The position numbers and the translations under genes were made by a program. 64,000 nucleotides of DNA. Source: an uncultured Acidobacteriota bacterium. Lineage in GTDB: Bacteria > Acidobacteriota > Thermoanaerobaculia > Multivoradales > UBA5704. Positions 1 through 9,868 of the stretch are shown here, in pieces (position 1 is the stretch's first letter; each line of letters begins with the position of its first letter). The stretch is taken from positions 4,864,001 through 4,928,000 of the forward strand of contig OY969474.1 in NCBI GenBank assembly GCA_963700145.1, in the 5' to 3' direction. Below the pieces are notes generated by a model, which made no database searches, was not told the origin of the DNA, and was given only the letters and a program-made list of their open reading frames with translations.

Positions 1-2
1 CC

Positions 3-1199
3 GAGGTCGAGGCGGCCAAGGGCGGGCGCGAGAGCCTGCGCGCCGACAGCGCCGGCCGCAAGGGGCGGCTCGAGGTCCTCTCCGAGCGCCTGGCGGCGCA
101 GGACCGGGAGGCGGCGCGGCTCGCCGCCGAGCTCGACGAGGGCCGGCGCCAGGTCGCCGCCTGGGACGACGAGGCGGCGCGCCTCACCGCCCGCCGCGCG
201 CAGCTCGACGGCGAGATCGAGCGCGCCGAGCGCGACCTCCAGGAGTCGCTCGAGCTGCGGGTCGCGGCCGAGGAGGGGGTCCTCGCCGAGCAGGCACGGC
301 TCGACGCCGAGCGCCAGGCGGTGCAGCTCCTGGACGAGCGGATCGCCGAGGAGCGCGAGCGGCGTGAGGGCGTGCGGCACGAGGTGGAGGAGCTGCGCGT
401 CGACCGCGCCCGCCTGGAGCAGGACGCCGAGCACCTCCGCCTCACCTTCCACGAGGAGTTCGCGCGCGAGCTGCCGGCGGTCGAGGAGACCGGCGCGGGC
501 GGCGGTCCGGCGGCCGGCGAGCTGGCCGAGCGCGAGGCCGAGCTGGCGCGCTGCAAGGCGACCCTCGAGCGGCTCGGCCCGGTCAACGCCCTCGCCGTCG
601 AGGAGCACGACGAGCAGGAGCAGCGGCTGGAGTTCCTGACCGCGCAGCGCGCCGACGTCGCGAATTCCGTCGAGAGCCTGCGCGCCACGATCCGCGAGAT
701 CAATCAGGCCTCGAGCGAGCGCTTCCTCGCGACCTTCGTCGAGGTCAACCGCCACTTCGGCGAGGTCTTTTCCCAGCTCTTCCGCGGCGGCGAGGCCGAG
801 ATGCGCCTGATGGACGAGGAGGACGTCCTCGAGTGCGGCCTCGAGATCGTCGCCCGCCCGCCGGGCAAGCGCCTGCAGAACCTGATGCTCCTCTCCGGCG
901 GCGAGAAGGCGCTCACCGCCATCGCCCTGCTCTTCGCGCTCTTCCGCACCAAGCCCTCGCCCTTCTGCATCCTCGACGAGGTGGACGCGCCGCTCGACGA
1001 CCTCAACACCCGCCGCTTCGTCGAGCTGCTCAAGGAGATGTCGGCCGAGACGCAGTTCCTGGTGATCACCCACAACAAGATCACCATGGAGGTCGCCTCG
1101 ACCCTCTACGGCGTGACGATGGAAGAGAAGGGCGTCTCCAAGCTCGTCGCCGTCCAGCTCGAAGAGATCCAGCCCGAAGCCGAGCGCGCCACCGCCTAG
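3..1199 (+). CDS. smc: Chromosome segregation protein SMC, C-terminal part (5' end outside window)
   Basis: Coiled coil followed by GPVN..A.EE, signature LSGGEKALTAIALLFA, Walker B/D-loop PFCILDEVDAPLDD and H-loop FLVITHNK. Confidence 0.96.
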   Translation, partial: EVEAAKGGRESLRADSAGRKGRLEVLSERLAAQDREAARLAAELDEGRRQVAAWDDEAARLTARRAQLDGEIERAERDLQESLELRVAAEEGVLAEQARLDAERQAVQLLDERIAEERERREGVRHEVEELRVDRARLEQDAEHLRLTFHEEFARELPAVEETGAGGGPAAGELAEREAELARCKATLERLGPVNALAVEEHDEQEQRLEFLTAQRADVANSVESLRATIREINQASSERFLATFVEVNRHFGEVFSQLFRGGEAEMRLMDEEDVLECGLEIVARPPGKRLQNLMLLSGGEKALTAIALLFALFRTKPSPFCILDEVDAPLDDLNTRRFVELLKEMSAETQFLVITHNKITMEVASTLYGVTMEEKGVSKLVAVQLEEIQPEAERATA

Positions 1200-1346
1200 C
1201 CGTCCCCCCGGCGCCCGCGCCGCGGTCTATATCCAAAGTCGTAGAAAAGTCTGTCCTTTGCCGAATGGCGCCCGGGGCGCCGCCCGCCTAGATTGAGGTA
1301 TCTGCTCTCAATTCACGTTGTGGTCTCGAAAAAGGAGATCCCGATC

Positions 1347-2660
1347 ATGAGCGCCCCAAGTTTCTTGAGAAAGCGATGTATCAGTGCAGCGGTCCTCGCC
1401 CTCGCGGCGGCCGCCGCCGGCGCGCAAGTCCTGCCGCCGGACCTGACGGTCTGCGACGGCGTCACCTGCGACACCCTGCAGGACTCGGTGTGCAGCAGCG
1501 CCGGCTTCAAGATCACCCTGACCGACTTCACGGCCGGCAACACGAGCACCGACGGCTCGGCCTCTTACACCTACGAGGTCTGCAGCCCGGCCGCCGGCGT
1601 CTGCGACGGCTTGGTGCGCTTCGGCGAGGCGTGCCTGGACAACGGGTTCTGCCAGAGGAAGGGTCAAGCCACCGACCCCGCGGCGAGCTGCAGCCGGGAG
1701 TGCGCCACCGACTCGTTCCGCGGCCTCAGCCACTTCGACGTCAACTTCCCGGAGCTGGGCTTCAGCTGCCTAGGGGAGGCGACCGAGATCTCGGGGAGCT
1801 GCGCCTGCTCGACCAACACGAGCGGCACCTGCTCGGTGGGCGCCTTCGGTCTCGGCGACGGCTCGTGCTTCGGGCCCACCTCGCCGGTGGCCAAGTGCGA
1901 CAACACCAACCTCGGCCCCGGCGACTGCCTCACCATGACGCTGACGATCGCCGGCGAGCTCAACGGCCTCGGCTCCGGTCCGGTCGTCGTGGTGGACAAG
2001 GAATCCACGACCTGCACGGCGAGCTGCATGGCCGGGCCCTCGTGCACGCCCTGCGAGGAGATCGAGGAGGGCGAGGAGTGCCTGACGCGCACCATCGGCT
2101 TCTGGGGCAACCACCCCTGGATCACCAACGACTACGCCCCGGTCACCGTCTGCGGCAAGACGCTGGGCTGCTACGGCGCGCCGACGGCGAGCGCCAGCCC
2201 GGGATGCCCCGCCGGCTCCTGCACCTCGATCGTCGAGGGCCTTTGCTCCGTCCCTGGCGTCGAGCTGCCGAGCAACCAGTCCTACGTCACGCTGGTGCGC
2301 CAGTTGACGGCGGCCAAGCTCAACCTCAACGCCACCGCGGCCCTCTTCCCGGGAGGTGCCTGCTCGAGCTTCACCTACCTGGACAAGAGCATCGCGTCGT
2401 GGATCGCCGACTGCGAGGCGCTGTGCGGCGCCGACAAGGCGACGATCAGCAACAGCGGCTGCATCGCCGCTCTGGACACCTTCAACAACTCGCAGGACGC
2501 CGGCTTCGAGGTGACGCCTTCGCCGTTCGACCGGCCGCCGGTGGACGACTTCGGCAACATCTCGGGCGCCGACTCCAAGCAGTGCGGCAAGGCGCACGGC
2601 AACGGCGGCAGCCCGAAGCTGGTCATCGGCAAGAAGGTCGGCAGCAACGACTGCCGCTAG
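1347..2660 (+). CDS. Secreted cysteine-rich protein (33 Cys) with TIGFWGNHP and QLTAAKLN motifs
   Basis: AAGGAG RBS before ATG 1347; signal peptide ending AAAGA; GC3-biased codons; followed by a terminator. Confidence 0.8.
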   Translation: MSAPSFLRKRCISAAVLALAAAAAGAQVLPPDLTVCDGVTCDTLQDSVCSSAGFKITLTDFTAGNTSTDGSASYTYEVCSPAAGVCDGLVRFGEACLDNGFCQRKGQATDPAASCSRECATDSFRGLSHFDVNFPELGFSCLGEATEISGSCACSTNTSGTCSVGAFGLGDGSCFGPTSPVAKCDNTNLGPGDCLTMTLTIAGELNGLGSGPVVVVDKESTTCTASCMAGPSCTPCEEIEEGEECLTRTIGFWGNHPWITNDYAPVTVCGKTLGCYGAPTASASPGCPAGSCTSIVEGLCSVPGVELPSNQSYVTLVRQLTAAKLNLNATAALFPGGACSSFTYLDKSIASWIADCEALCGADKATISNSGCIAALDTFNNSQDAGFEVTPSPFDRPPVDDFGNISGADSKQCGKAHGNGGSPKLVIGKKVGSNDCR

Positions 2661-2674
2661 ACGCGGGTTCCTCG

Positions 2675-2708
2675 GCGGGCGGGCGCTCCGGCGCCCGCCC
2701 GCGTTTTT
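2675..2708 (+). terminator. Rho-independent terminator between convergent genes
   Basis: 12-bp perfect stem GCGGGCGGGCGC/GCGCCCGCCCGC with TCCG loop, followed by TTTTT. Confidence 0.8.
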
Positions 2709-3346
2709 CAGATCAGCCCCTTCCCCTCCGCGTAGCGCCGCACCGCCACCCGCGTCTCCAGGTGGAGCTTCTTGTAGACGTTGTGCAGGTGGGCCTTGAC
2801 CGTGCCCTCGGCGATGCCCAGCCGCTCGGCGATGTCGCGGTTGCGCAGGCCCTCGGCGACCATGCGGATGAGCTCGATCTCGCGCGGCGTCAGCTCGCTC
2901 GCCGCCTCCCGCGCCCCCGCCTCGCGGCGCAGCACCTTCTCGAGCGCCGCCTGCACCGAGCGCTTCTCGACCCACTGCCCGCCGGCGTGGACCTTGCGCA
3001 GGGCCTGGATCAGCAGCCGCGGCGCCATCTCCTTGAGCACCACGCCGCCCACCTCGAGACGCACGGCCTCGACCAGCTCGTCCTCGCTGATCGCCGCGGT
3101 GAAGATCACCACGCGCGTCGGCAGCCGACGGCGCCGCAGCTCGCGCAGCACCGCGAGCCCGTCCAGGCCCGCCATGCGGACGTCGAGGACGAGCAGGTCG
3201 GGCCGGTGCCGGTCGACCGCCCGCAGCGCCTCCTCGCCGCTGACGCAGCGCTCGACGACCGCGAAGTCGCCGGCCAGCTGGACCAGCTGCTCGAGGCCGT
3301 CGAGGATCAGCGGGTGATCGTCGGCGAGCACCAGGCGGATCGGCAC
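2708..3346 (-). CDS. NarL/LuxR-family response regulator
   Basis: Receiver motifs LADDHP and LLVLDVRM; LuxR HTH LTPREIELIRMVAEGLRNRDIAERLGIAEGTVKAHL. Confidence 0.95.
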   Translation of the reverse strand: MPIRLVLADDHPLILDGLEQLVQLAGDFAVVERCVSGEEALRAVDRHRPDLLVLDVRMAGLDGLAVLRELRRRRLPTRVVIFTAAISEDELVEAVRLEVGGVVLKEMAPRLLIQALRKVHAGGQWVEKRSVQAALEKVLRREAGAREAASELTPREIELIRMVAEGLRNRDIAERLGIAEGTVKAHLHNVYKKLHLETRVAVRRYAEGKGLI

Positions 3347-3347
3347 G

Positions 3348-5105
3348 CTAGGCTCCCCGGGCCTGGCGAGGCAGCTCGATGTCGAGGCGGGCGCCGGCGG
3401 CGGTCGAGGTGATCTCGAGGCGTCCGCCGAGCGCCGCGACGCGCTGCTTGAGCGACACCGGACCGAGCTTGCGGGCGGCGAGGGTCGCGAGGTCGTACCG
3501 GCCCTGGAACGGGAAGCCGCAGCCGTCGTCCACGACCGCCACGTGCAGCCAGCGGTCGTCGGAGCGCACGTCCACGGTCGCCCGCGAGGCCTTCCCGTGG
3601 CGCGAGGCGTTGATCAGCGCCTCCTGGACGATGCGGCAGATCTGGTGCGCGAGCTCGCCGCCGATCGGCTCGGCGGGCAGCTCGGCCCGCAGCTCGACGC
3701 CCAGGTCCCAGTGGCGCGCGATCCGCTGGCGCAGCTTGTCGAGCCGCTGCGCCAGGCTTTCGTTGCGCTCCTGCCCGCCGGCGCGCTCGGGCTCGAGGTC
3801 GCCGATGAAGTCGCGCAGCTCGCGCTGCTCCGACGCCAGCAGGTCCTGGGTCTCCTCGATCAGCCGGCCCGCCGCCGCGGGGTCGGCGCCGAGCAGCTGC
3901 CGCGCGGACTCCAGCCGCAGCGCCGCGCCGCTCAGCGCCTGGATGACGCCGTCGTGGAGATCGCGGGCGAGCCGCACCCGCTCGTCCGCCAGGGCCGCCT
4001 GGTGGGAGCGCTCGAAAAGGGCGAGCCGGTCCATCTCGACGGCGAGCCGGTGCGCCAGGATCTCGCCCAGGACCAGCTCGTCGGAGGTCATGTCGGGGCG
4101 GTCGAGCGCGAAGAACCGGCCGGCCAGGCTCTCCCCGCGCAGCGGCACCGAAAGCACCGCCCCGTAGCCGCAGCGGCGGCGCAGCTCGGGGGGCGTGGGA
4201 TCGCCGGACCAGGGTTTCACGCCGCCGGAGGTGATGAGGCGGAGAGGTGCGTCGCCGTCGGGTTGTTCGGCCGCGAAGAACGCCGCTTCGGCCAGCGCAG
4301 CGGGCGCCAGCGGCGCGAAGGCGTCCGGCGCTTCACGCTGCCAGTCGAGCTCGCCCGCCGACCAGAGAGCGACGTGGCACCACGGCTCTTCCATCTCCTC
4401 CCAGATGAGCAGCGTGCGCGGCGCCCCGAGCGCCTTCGCCGCGTGGCCGAGCAGCGCCCGCACCAAGCCCGCCGCCTCGGCCGGCATGCCGGCGGGCCAC
4501 TCTCCGAGGCCGGCGACCTTGGCGCGCAGCCGGTTCTCGTAGGCGCCCATGTAGCCGAGGAGCACCGCCGCCACGGCCAGGTAGATGCTCCGGATGATGA
4601 AGCGGTTGAGCTCGAACCCTGCCTCCGGAAAGCGGGCTGCCGAGTACAGCCCGATGGCGAGGAAGGCGGCGAGGCTGGCGATCGCGGTCCACAGCGTCCC
4701 CGCTTCCTGCCAGCGCACGGCGGCCGCCGCCAGGGCGAAGACGAAGTAGACGAAGAACGGGCTGCTCGGGCCGGCGGTGAAGAAGACCACGACGCAGAAG
4801 AGCGCCAGGTCGACGGCGTGAACCAGCAGCGGCAGCGCCGCCGGCGTCGCCTTGGCGCTCCACACCCAGAGCGCCAACGCGACGGAGTACACCGCATACG
4901 CCGCGATCAGCGCAGAGGCGACCGGCGCGGCGTGGGCGGGCTCCGAAGGATCCAGCCAGACGGCGAAGAGGGAAAGGAGCGAGAGAGCGACGCGGCAGCC
5001 GGCGATCAGCCGCTCGCGCCGGATCGGCTGGTACGACCGCGCCGCCGCCGGCGGCGGACCACGCCGCTCGAGGCCTGCCGAGCTCAACCAACGACGCCAA
5101 GGCAT
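3348..5105 (-). CDS. Membrane sensor histidine kinase (HisKA_3/NarQ type)
   Basis: N-terminal TM helices; ERVRLARDLHDGVIQ; EALINASRHG; DDGCGF; adjacent to cognate regulator. Start uncertain (5105 or 5126). Confidence 0.92.
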   Translation of the reverse strand: MPWRRWLSSAGLERRGPPPAAARSYQPIRRERLIAGCRVALSLLSLFAVWLDPSEPAHAAPVASALIAAYAVYSVALALWVWSAKATPAALPLLVHAVDLALFCVVVFFTAGPSSPFFVYFVFALAAAAVRWQEAGTLWTAIASLAAFLAIGLYSAARFPEAGFELNRFIIRSIYLAVAAVLLGYMGAYENRLRAKVAGLGEWPAGMPAEAAGLVRALLGHAAKALGAPRTLLIWEEMEEPWCHVALWSAGELDWQREAPDAFAPLAPAALAEAAFFAAEQPDGDAPLRLITSGGVKPWSGDPTPPELRRRCGYGAVLSVPLRGESLAGRFFALDRPDMTSDELVLGEILAHRLAVEMDRLALFERSHQAALADERVRLARDLHDGVIQALSGAALRLESARQLLGADPAAAGRLIEETQDLLASEQRELRDFIGDLEPERAGGQERNESLAQRLDKLRQRIARHWDLGVELRAELPAEPIGGELAHQICRIVQEALINASRHGKASRATVDVRSDDRWLHVAVVDDGCGFPFQGRYDLATLAARKLGPVSLKQRVAALGGRLEITSTAAGARLDIELPRQARGA

Positions 5106-5172
5106 TGGTTCGATCGAGCGTAGCACGGCCTAGCGCGGGCCAAGCCCGGCGCCCGAGCCGCCCGCCGGGCCC

Positions 5173-5210
5173 TTGACGTCCGAACCGTCTCGTACTAACG
5201 TACTAGTAGA
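5173..5210 (+). promoter_or_regulatory. Sigma70-type promoter overlapped by a BlaI-type operator; probably leaderless transcript
   Basis: TTGACG (5173-5178), 17-bp spacer, TAACGT (5196-5201); palindrome TACTA-N6-TAGTA (5193-5208); ATG at 5210 with no SD. Confidence 0.7.
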
Positions 5211-5590
5211 TGCCGCCGCGCCGACCCCTCGCCGACCAGGAGCTCGCGATCATGACGATCGTCTGGGAGGGGGGCGCCACCACCGTGCGCGAGGTCTACG
5301 AGACGCTGCGCCAGCGCCGCCCCGTCGCCTACACGACGGTGATGACGATGATGAACATCCTCGAGCAGAAAGGCTTTCTCGAGCGGGAGCGGGAAGGCCG
5401 CGCCTTCGTCTACCGCCCGACGCGCAGCCAGCGCCGCGTCGTGCGCCAGATGGTGCGCGAGTTCGTCGAGCGGGTCTTCGGCGGCTCGGCGCGGCCGCTG
5501 CTCGTGCACCTGGTCGAGGACCGCAAGCTCACGCCCGAGGACCTGCGCGAGATCGCGCGCCTCCTCGAGCGCAAGAAGGAGGAGGGATGA
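5210..5590 (+). CDS. BlaI/MecI/CopY family transcriptional repressor
   Basis: ELAIMTIVW, TVREV, AYTTVMTMMNILEQKGFL, GRAFVYRP and FGGS motifs. Confidence 0.95.
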   Translation: MPPRRPLADQELAIMTIVWEGGATTVREVYETLRQRRPVAYTTVMTMMNILEQKGFLEREREGRAFVYRPTRSQRRVVRQMVREFVERVFGGSARPLLVHLVEDRKLTPEDLREIARLLERKKEEG

Positions 5591-6825
5591 CCGCACCGCT
5601 CTGGGCCGGCAACGCTCTCGCCTGGGCGGCCCAGGTGGCCGTGGTCGCCGGCGCCGCACTTCTGCTGCCGCGGCTGCTCCGCCTCCGCCAGCCGCGCCTC
5701 CTCCTGGCCCTGGGCCAGGGCGCGCTCGTCCTCATCCTCCTGCTGCCGCTCGTCCAGCCGCGGCACGCGCCGGCGGCGGGCGTCCTGCCGTTCGTCACCG
5801 TCGCCGGCGAAGGCGCCGCAGCGGTCCCGCCGGCCCTCGGCGTGTCGTGGCGCGCCGCGGCCTGGCTCCTCGGCGGCGTCACGGCCGCCCGCCTCGTCTG
5901 GATGGGGGTCGGCCTCGCCTGGCTCGCCCGCTTGCGCCGCACCGCCCGTCCGCCGGCCGCCCGGCCCGCGGGCTGGGAGGAGCTCTGCGCCCGGATCGGC
6001 ACCGCGCCCCCCGAGCTCCTGGTCTCCGACCGCGTCCCCGGCCCGGTCAGCTTCGGCATCCGCCGTCCGGTGGTCGTCCTCCCGGAGAGCTTCGAGCGGG
6101 CGGACGCAGCCACCGCGCGCGCCGTCCTCTGTCACGAGGCGCTGCACGTCCGCCGCCGCGACTGGGCGGCCGCGGTGGCCGAGGAGACGGTGCGCGCGCT
6201 CTTCTGGTTCCACCCGGTGGTCGGCCGTCTCGTGGCGCGCATCCGCCTCTGGCGCGAGCAGGCGGTGGACGCGTCCGCCGTCGCCCTGACCGGCGACCGC
6301 GGCGGCTATCTCCAGGCCCTGCTCCACGCCGCCGCGGCACGCCCGCCGCGGCCGCTCCCCGCCGCCTCCTTCCTCCACCGCAACGACCTGGGGCAGCGCG
6401 TGGCGCTGCTCGTCGAGGAGAAACCGATGAACCAGCGCAGGCTCGTGTTGAGCGCCGCGGCCGTCGCCCTCGGGCTGGCCGCGGCAGGCGCCCTGTCGAT
6501 CGCCGTTCTCCCCCTCCGCGCCGCCGAGGCGGCGAAGAAGGGCGAGATCACCCTCCCCAAGATCGTCGAGAAGACCAATGCCGAGTACCCCGCGGAGCTG
6601 CGCAAGGAGAAGCTCGAGGGAGAGGTCGTGCTCCGGATCCTGGTCGACGAAACCGGCCGCGTCGCCTCGGCGGAGGTGGACGAGAGCCCGCACCGCGCCT
6701 TCTCCGAGTCGGCGCGCGAGGCGGTCCGCACCTGGCGCTTCGAGCCCGGCCGCGTGGACGGCGAGATCGCGCCCGTCGAGCTGACGCTCACCATCCGCTA
6801 CGTCCTCGACAAGCCCGACAAGTAG
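5587..6825 (+). CDS. BlaR1-like M56 peptidase fused to C-terminal TonB domain
   Basis: ATGA overlap with repressor gene; HEALH, FWFHP, REQAVD; C-terminal YP..GEVVLRILVDETG..WRFEPG TonB_C motif. Confidence 0.9.
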   Translation: MTAPLWAGNALAWAAQVAVVAGAALLLPRLLRLRQPRLLLALGQGALVLILLLPLVQPRHAPAAGVLPFVTVAGEGAAAVPPALGVSWRAAAWLLGGVTAARLVWMGVGLAWLARLRRTARPPAARPAGWEELCARIGTAPPELLVSDRVPGPVSFGIRRPVVVLPESFERADAATARAVLCHEALHVRRRDWAAAVAEETVRALFWFHPVVGRLVARIRLWREQAVDASAVALTGDRGGYLQALLHAAAARPPRPLPAASFLHRNDLGQRVALLVEEKPMNQRRLVLSAAAVALGLAAAGALSIAVLPLRAAEAAKKGEITLPKIVEKTNAEYPAELRKEKLEGEVVLRILVDETGRVASAEVDESPHRAFSESAREAVRTWRFEPGRVDGEIAPVELTLTIRYVLDKPDK

Positions 6826-6873
6826 AGGAGGCCCGGTCCGAGCCACGGCGCGCCACGGTGTAAACCCTCGCCC

Positions 6874-6900
6874 GTCATCCCGAGCGCAGCCGAGGGATCT
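6874..6900. repeat. REP-like palindromic intergenic element
   Basis: GTCATCCCGAGCGCAGCCGAGGGATCT resembles the widespread GTCATCC..GAGCG.AGCGA.GGATC intergenic repeat; single copy here. Confidence 0.55.
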
Positions 6901-6957
6901 GGGCGGGGGGAAGGTCCGGATGTTGCACTCCGTCGGGGCACCTAACGAGGTGCCCCG

Positions 6958-8175
6958 ATGCGCAAACCGACTCTCGCCGCCGCCCTCCTAGTCGCCCTCC
7001 TCCTCCCAGCCTGCCGCATCGCGGACGACGACGAGTCCGCGACGCAGCCGGCCGTCACCCAGCCGGAGCCGGCGCCCGCGCCGCCAGGGCAGGTCTCGGT
7101 CCCCTCGGTGGGTTTCCAGCGCTTCGACCCGGCCGTCCTCGAGCGTTCCCGGCTCGACCCGGCCTGGCGCACTTCCGCCGAGAGCGACCGGCTCGGGCGG
7201 CTGCAGTCGGGGGCGGAGCCGCAGTCCGGCACGCCGGTACCGCCGCCGGCGACCACCGAGCCGCCGTCGCCGTCACCGACCACCACCGCTCCGCCCGAAG
7301 ACGAAGACCGCATCCTCGCGGCGCAGGTGCTCCTCGACCGCGCCCGCTTCTCGCCCGGCGTCATCGACGGCCGCTGGGGGCAGAACACCGAGAAGGCGCT
7401 CTACTGGCTGCAGTTCGCGCGCGGCCTCCAGCCGACCGGCGTCCTCGACGACGCCACCTTCGCCGAGCTGGAGCGGTCCGCCGCCGGCGAGCCGGTCGTC
7501 GAAGTGGAGGTCACGGCCGCGGACCTGGAAGGGCCGTTCACCGAAGTCCCCGAGGACCCCTACGAGCAGGCCGAGCTGGAGTGCCTCTGCTACGCCTCGC
7601 CCGCCGAGGCGATCGCCGAGCGCTACCACACGACGCCCGAGCACCTCGCCAAGCTGAACCCCGAAGCCGACCTCGACGCCCTGACCGCCGGCACGCGCCT
7701 CTCGGTGCCGAACGTCGAGCCGCTGGACCCCGCCAACCGCCAGCGCGCCGCCGGCGGCGACCAGGTCGCCCAGCTCCTGGTCTCGAAGCGCGGCTTCTAC
7801 ACCCAGGCGCTCGACGCCCGGGGGGTCGTCCTCTTCCACTTCCCCTCGACCGTCGGCTCGCAGTACGACCCGTCGCCGGACGGCGAGTTCCACGTCACCG
7901 GCGTCGCCTTCAACCCGACCTTCCACTACCAGCCGACCCTCTTCCACGAGGTGCCGGACGACAAGCCCGAGGCGCACCTCCCCGCCGGCCCCAACGCGCC
8001 CGTCGGCGTCGCCTGGATCGACCTCTCCAAGCCCCACCACGGCATCCACGGCACCGCTGTCCCCGAGACCATCGGCTACACCAGCTCCCACGGCTGCATT
8101 CGCCTCACCAATTGGGACGCCATCTTCCTGGCGCGGCGGGTGAAGCCCGGGGTGCCGGTCCGCTTCCGCGACTGA
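6958..8175 (+). CDS. L,D-transpeptidase lipoprotein with peptidoglycan-binding and LysM-like domains
   Basis: Lipobox LPAC; AQVLLDRARFSPGVIDG PG-binding motif; HGIHGT...SSHGCIRL catalytic motif. Confidence 0.93.
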   Translation: MRKPTLAAALLVALLLPACRIADDDESATQPAVTQPEPAPAPPGQVSVPSVGFQRFDPAVLERSRLDPAWRTSAESDRLGRLQSGAEPQSGTPVPPPATTEPPSPSPTTTAPPEDEDRILAAQVLLDRARFSPGVIDGRWGQNTEKALYWLQFARGLQPTGVLDDATFAELERSAAGEPVVEVEVTAADLEGPFTEVPEDPYEQAELECLCYASPAEAIAERYHTTPEHLAKLNPEADLDALTAGTRLSVPNVEPLDPANRQRAAGGDQVAQLLVSKRGFYTQALDARGVVLFHFPSTVGSQYDPSPDGEFHVTGVAFNPTFHYQPTLFHEVPDDKPEAHLPAGPNAPVGVAWIDLSKPHHGIHGTAVPETIGYTSSHGCIRLTNWDAIFLARRVKPGVPVRFRD

Positions 8176-8236
8176 GCCCACTCGGGCTACAATGCCCCCG
8201 CTTCCCGGGAGACCCCTCCCACCAGGCCCACCTCGA

Positions 8237-8311
8237 GCCGACGTAGCTCAGTGGTAGAGCAGCTGATTCGTAATCAGCAGGTCATCGGTTCAAATCCGAT
8301 CGTCGGCTCCA
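8237..8311 (+). tRNA. tRNA-Thr(CGT)
   Basis: GCCGACG/CGTCGGC acceptor stem; D arm GCTC..GAGC; anticodon loop TT-CGT-AA; GGTTCAAATCC T-loop; encoded CCA. Confidence 0.97.
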
Positions 8312-8471
8312 GCAGCATCAATGCCTTAAAGGCACCAGCCGAGCTACAGCCGGCCCCTGCCTCGTTCCACCATGCCGAAGCACCCTCAGCATCACCTGTC
8401 GTGAGGGACATCCTGGGTCTCCTTCGTTATGTCATACGCCAAGCCGTCCAACTGCCTGTTGGACGAGCGAC

Positions 8472-9812
8472 ATGAAAGAAGGAGGAACAGTGGACACCAA
8501 AGCGATAACGCAAGACCCAGCGCCTCCCTCCGAAAGGGCTTCGCCGGAGAAAATCGAGAATGTTCATGATATTCACGATATGGCGCGGCGCCGGCGGCCG
8601 TCGTGTGAATGGCTCGAGCAGTCGGTGAATGAGTACCTGCATGACCAGTGGGGCAAGAAGCACAACTCGCTGAGTCACTGCGATGACTCGCATGAAGACT
8701 GTCCCTGCGGCAGGCCCGCAGGAGCAGCGGCGAAGAAGGTCGTTGATCTCGTCATCCTGCTGGACTCGAGCCTCTCGATGAACCTCGCGGCAACAGCCGT
8801 ATCGAATGCGGCCGCTGATGCGCTGGCTGCGGCCGCGAAGGAGTGTCCGTCGGACCTGCGCACACTCTGGGTGGTGGTCGACTCGACGAAGGCAGGAGCC
8901 GATCCTCCAGGCGATCTCGGCGACATCACGGCGACGCTGGCGGGCACTCCGTTCACGCAATCTCACCAGCAGTACCTCGTCGGCATCGGGAGCACCGGTC
9001 CCTTCAAGCAGGATGAGCCGCAGCCGCCGGGAGACGTCACGTATCCGGGGGAAGAAGGGGCGGACGCGATCGCTGACCTCTGCAATTTCTTCGACTGGCG
9101 CCGTAACGCCTGCAAGGCGATCTTCTACATCAGCGATACGAAGCTAGACGGCTATTCCGCGTTCGATGCCGCGGCGGCCGCCAATGCGCAGGCCGCGGCT
9201 TCGGCTCACGGCGTCGTGCTGTTCGCGCATCACATCGGCCCTGCAACACCGATCACGCTTGAGATGCAGAATTATCTCGACATGTGCAACCCGACCGGAG
9301 GAAGTGTCTACTTTGGCCCGGTCGATACCGATCAATACAAGGTTCTGCTTCGCAACGCGATTTGCAACGCCTGCGGCTCCGAGTGCAAGGAGCTCGATCT
9401 GCCGAAGATCGAACCGTGCGTCTCCATCGTCTGGGGCGACAGCGACTGCGACTGCTTCGAGACCGACGACGTCGAGACGGCCATCGTCACGATCTGCAAT
9501 TGTTACTCGAACATCTCGTTTGCGAACGTCCACGTGGCGTACTTCAACGTTACGATGTCTGACGGCTCGCCCGTTCCTCTGCTGCCTGACGGTACGCCGT
9601 CCGTGTCAATTCATCCGGTGGGTCCGGTCTGCTTCGGCGACATCGGCCCATGCAGGCCTGGCGGTTTGAACTGTGTCTCGAGAGAGATCGTGATTCGGAC
9701 GCGCGGCGCGAAGAGCGGCAAGTACAAGATTCTTGTCAATGGGATCTGCTACCAGGTCGTGCTCAGTCAACTGCACGACGAGTGCTTTGCATTGACGCTC
9801 TGCGCGGACTGA
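8472..9812 (+). CDS. Cys-rich protein with vWA-like (MIDAS) domain and beta-rich C-terminal domain
   Basis: DLVILLDSSLSM (DxSxS) and AIFYISD; about 22 Cys; lower GC than backbone; followed by terminator; start uncertain. Confidence 0.7.
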   Translation: MKEGGTVDTKAITQDPAPPSERASPEKIENVHDIHDMARRRRPSCEWLEQSVNEYLHDQWGKKHNSLSHCDDSHEDCPCGRPAGAAAKKVVDLVILLDSSLSMNLAATAVSNAAADALAAAAKECPSDLRTLWVVVDSTKAGADPPGDLGDITATLAGTPFTQSHQQYLVGIGSTGPFKQDEPQPPGDVTYPGEEGADAIADLCNFFDWRRNACKAIFYISDTKLDGYSAFDAAAAANAQAAASAHGVVLFAHHIGPATPITLEMQNYLDMCNPTGGSVYFGPVDTDQYKVLLRNAICNACGSECKELDLPKIEPCVSIVWGDSDCDCFETDDVETAIVTICNCYSNISFANVHVAYFNVTMSDGSPVPLLPDGTPSVSIHPVGPVCFGDIGPCRPGGLNCVSREIVIRTRGAKSGKYKILVNGICYQVVLSQLHDECFALTLCAD

Positions 9813-9840
9813 GCAAGCGAAGCGACGACTGAGGCGTGGC

Positions 9841-9868
9841 CGGGCCACCTCACCCGGCCCGTTTTTTT
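9841..9868 (+). terminator. Rho-independent terminator
   Basis: CGGGCC/GGCCCG stem followed by T7. Confidence 0.75.
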
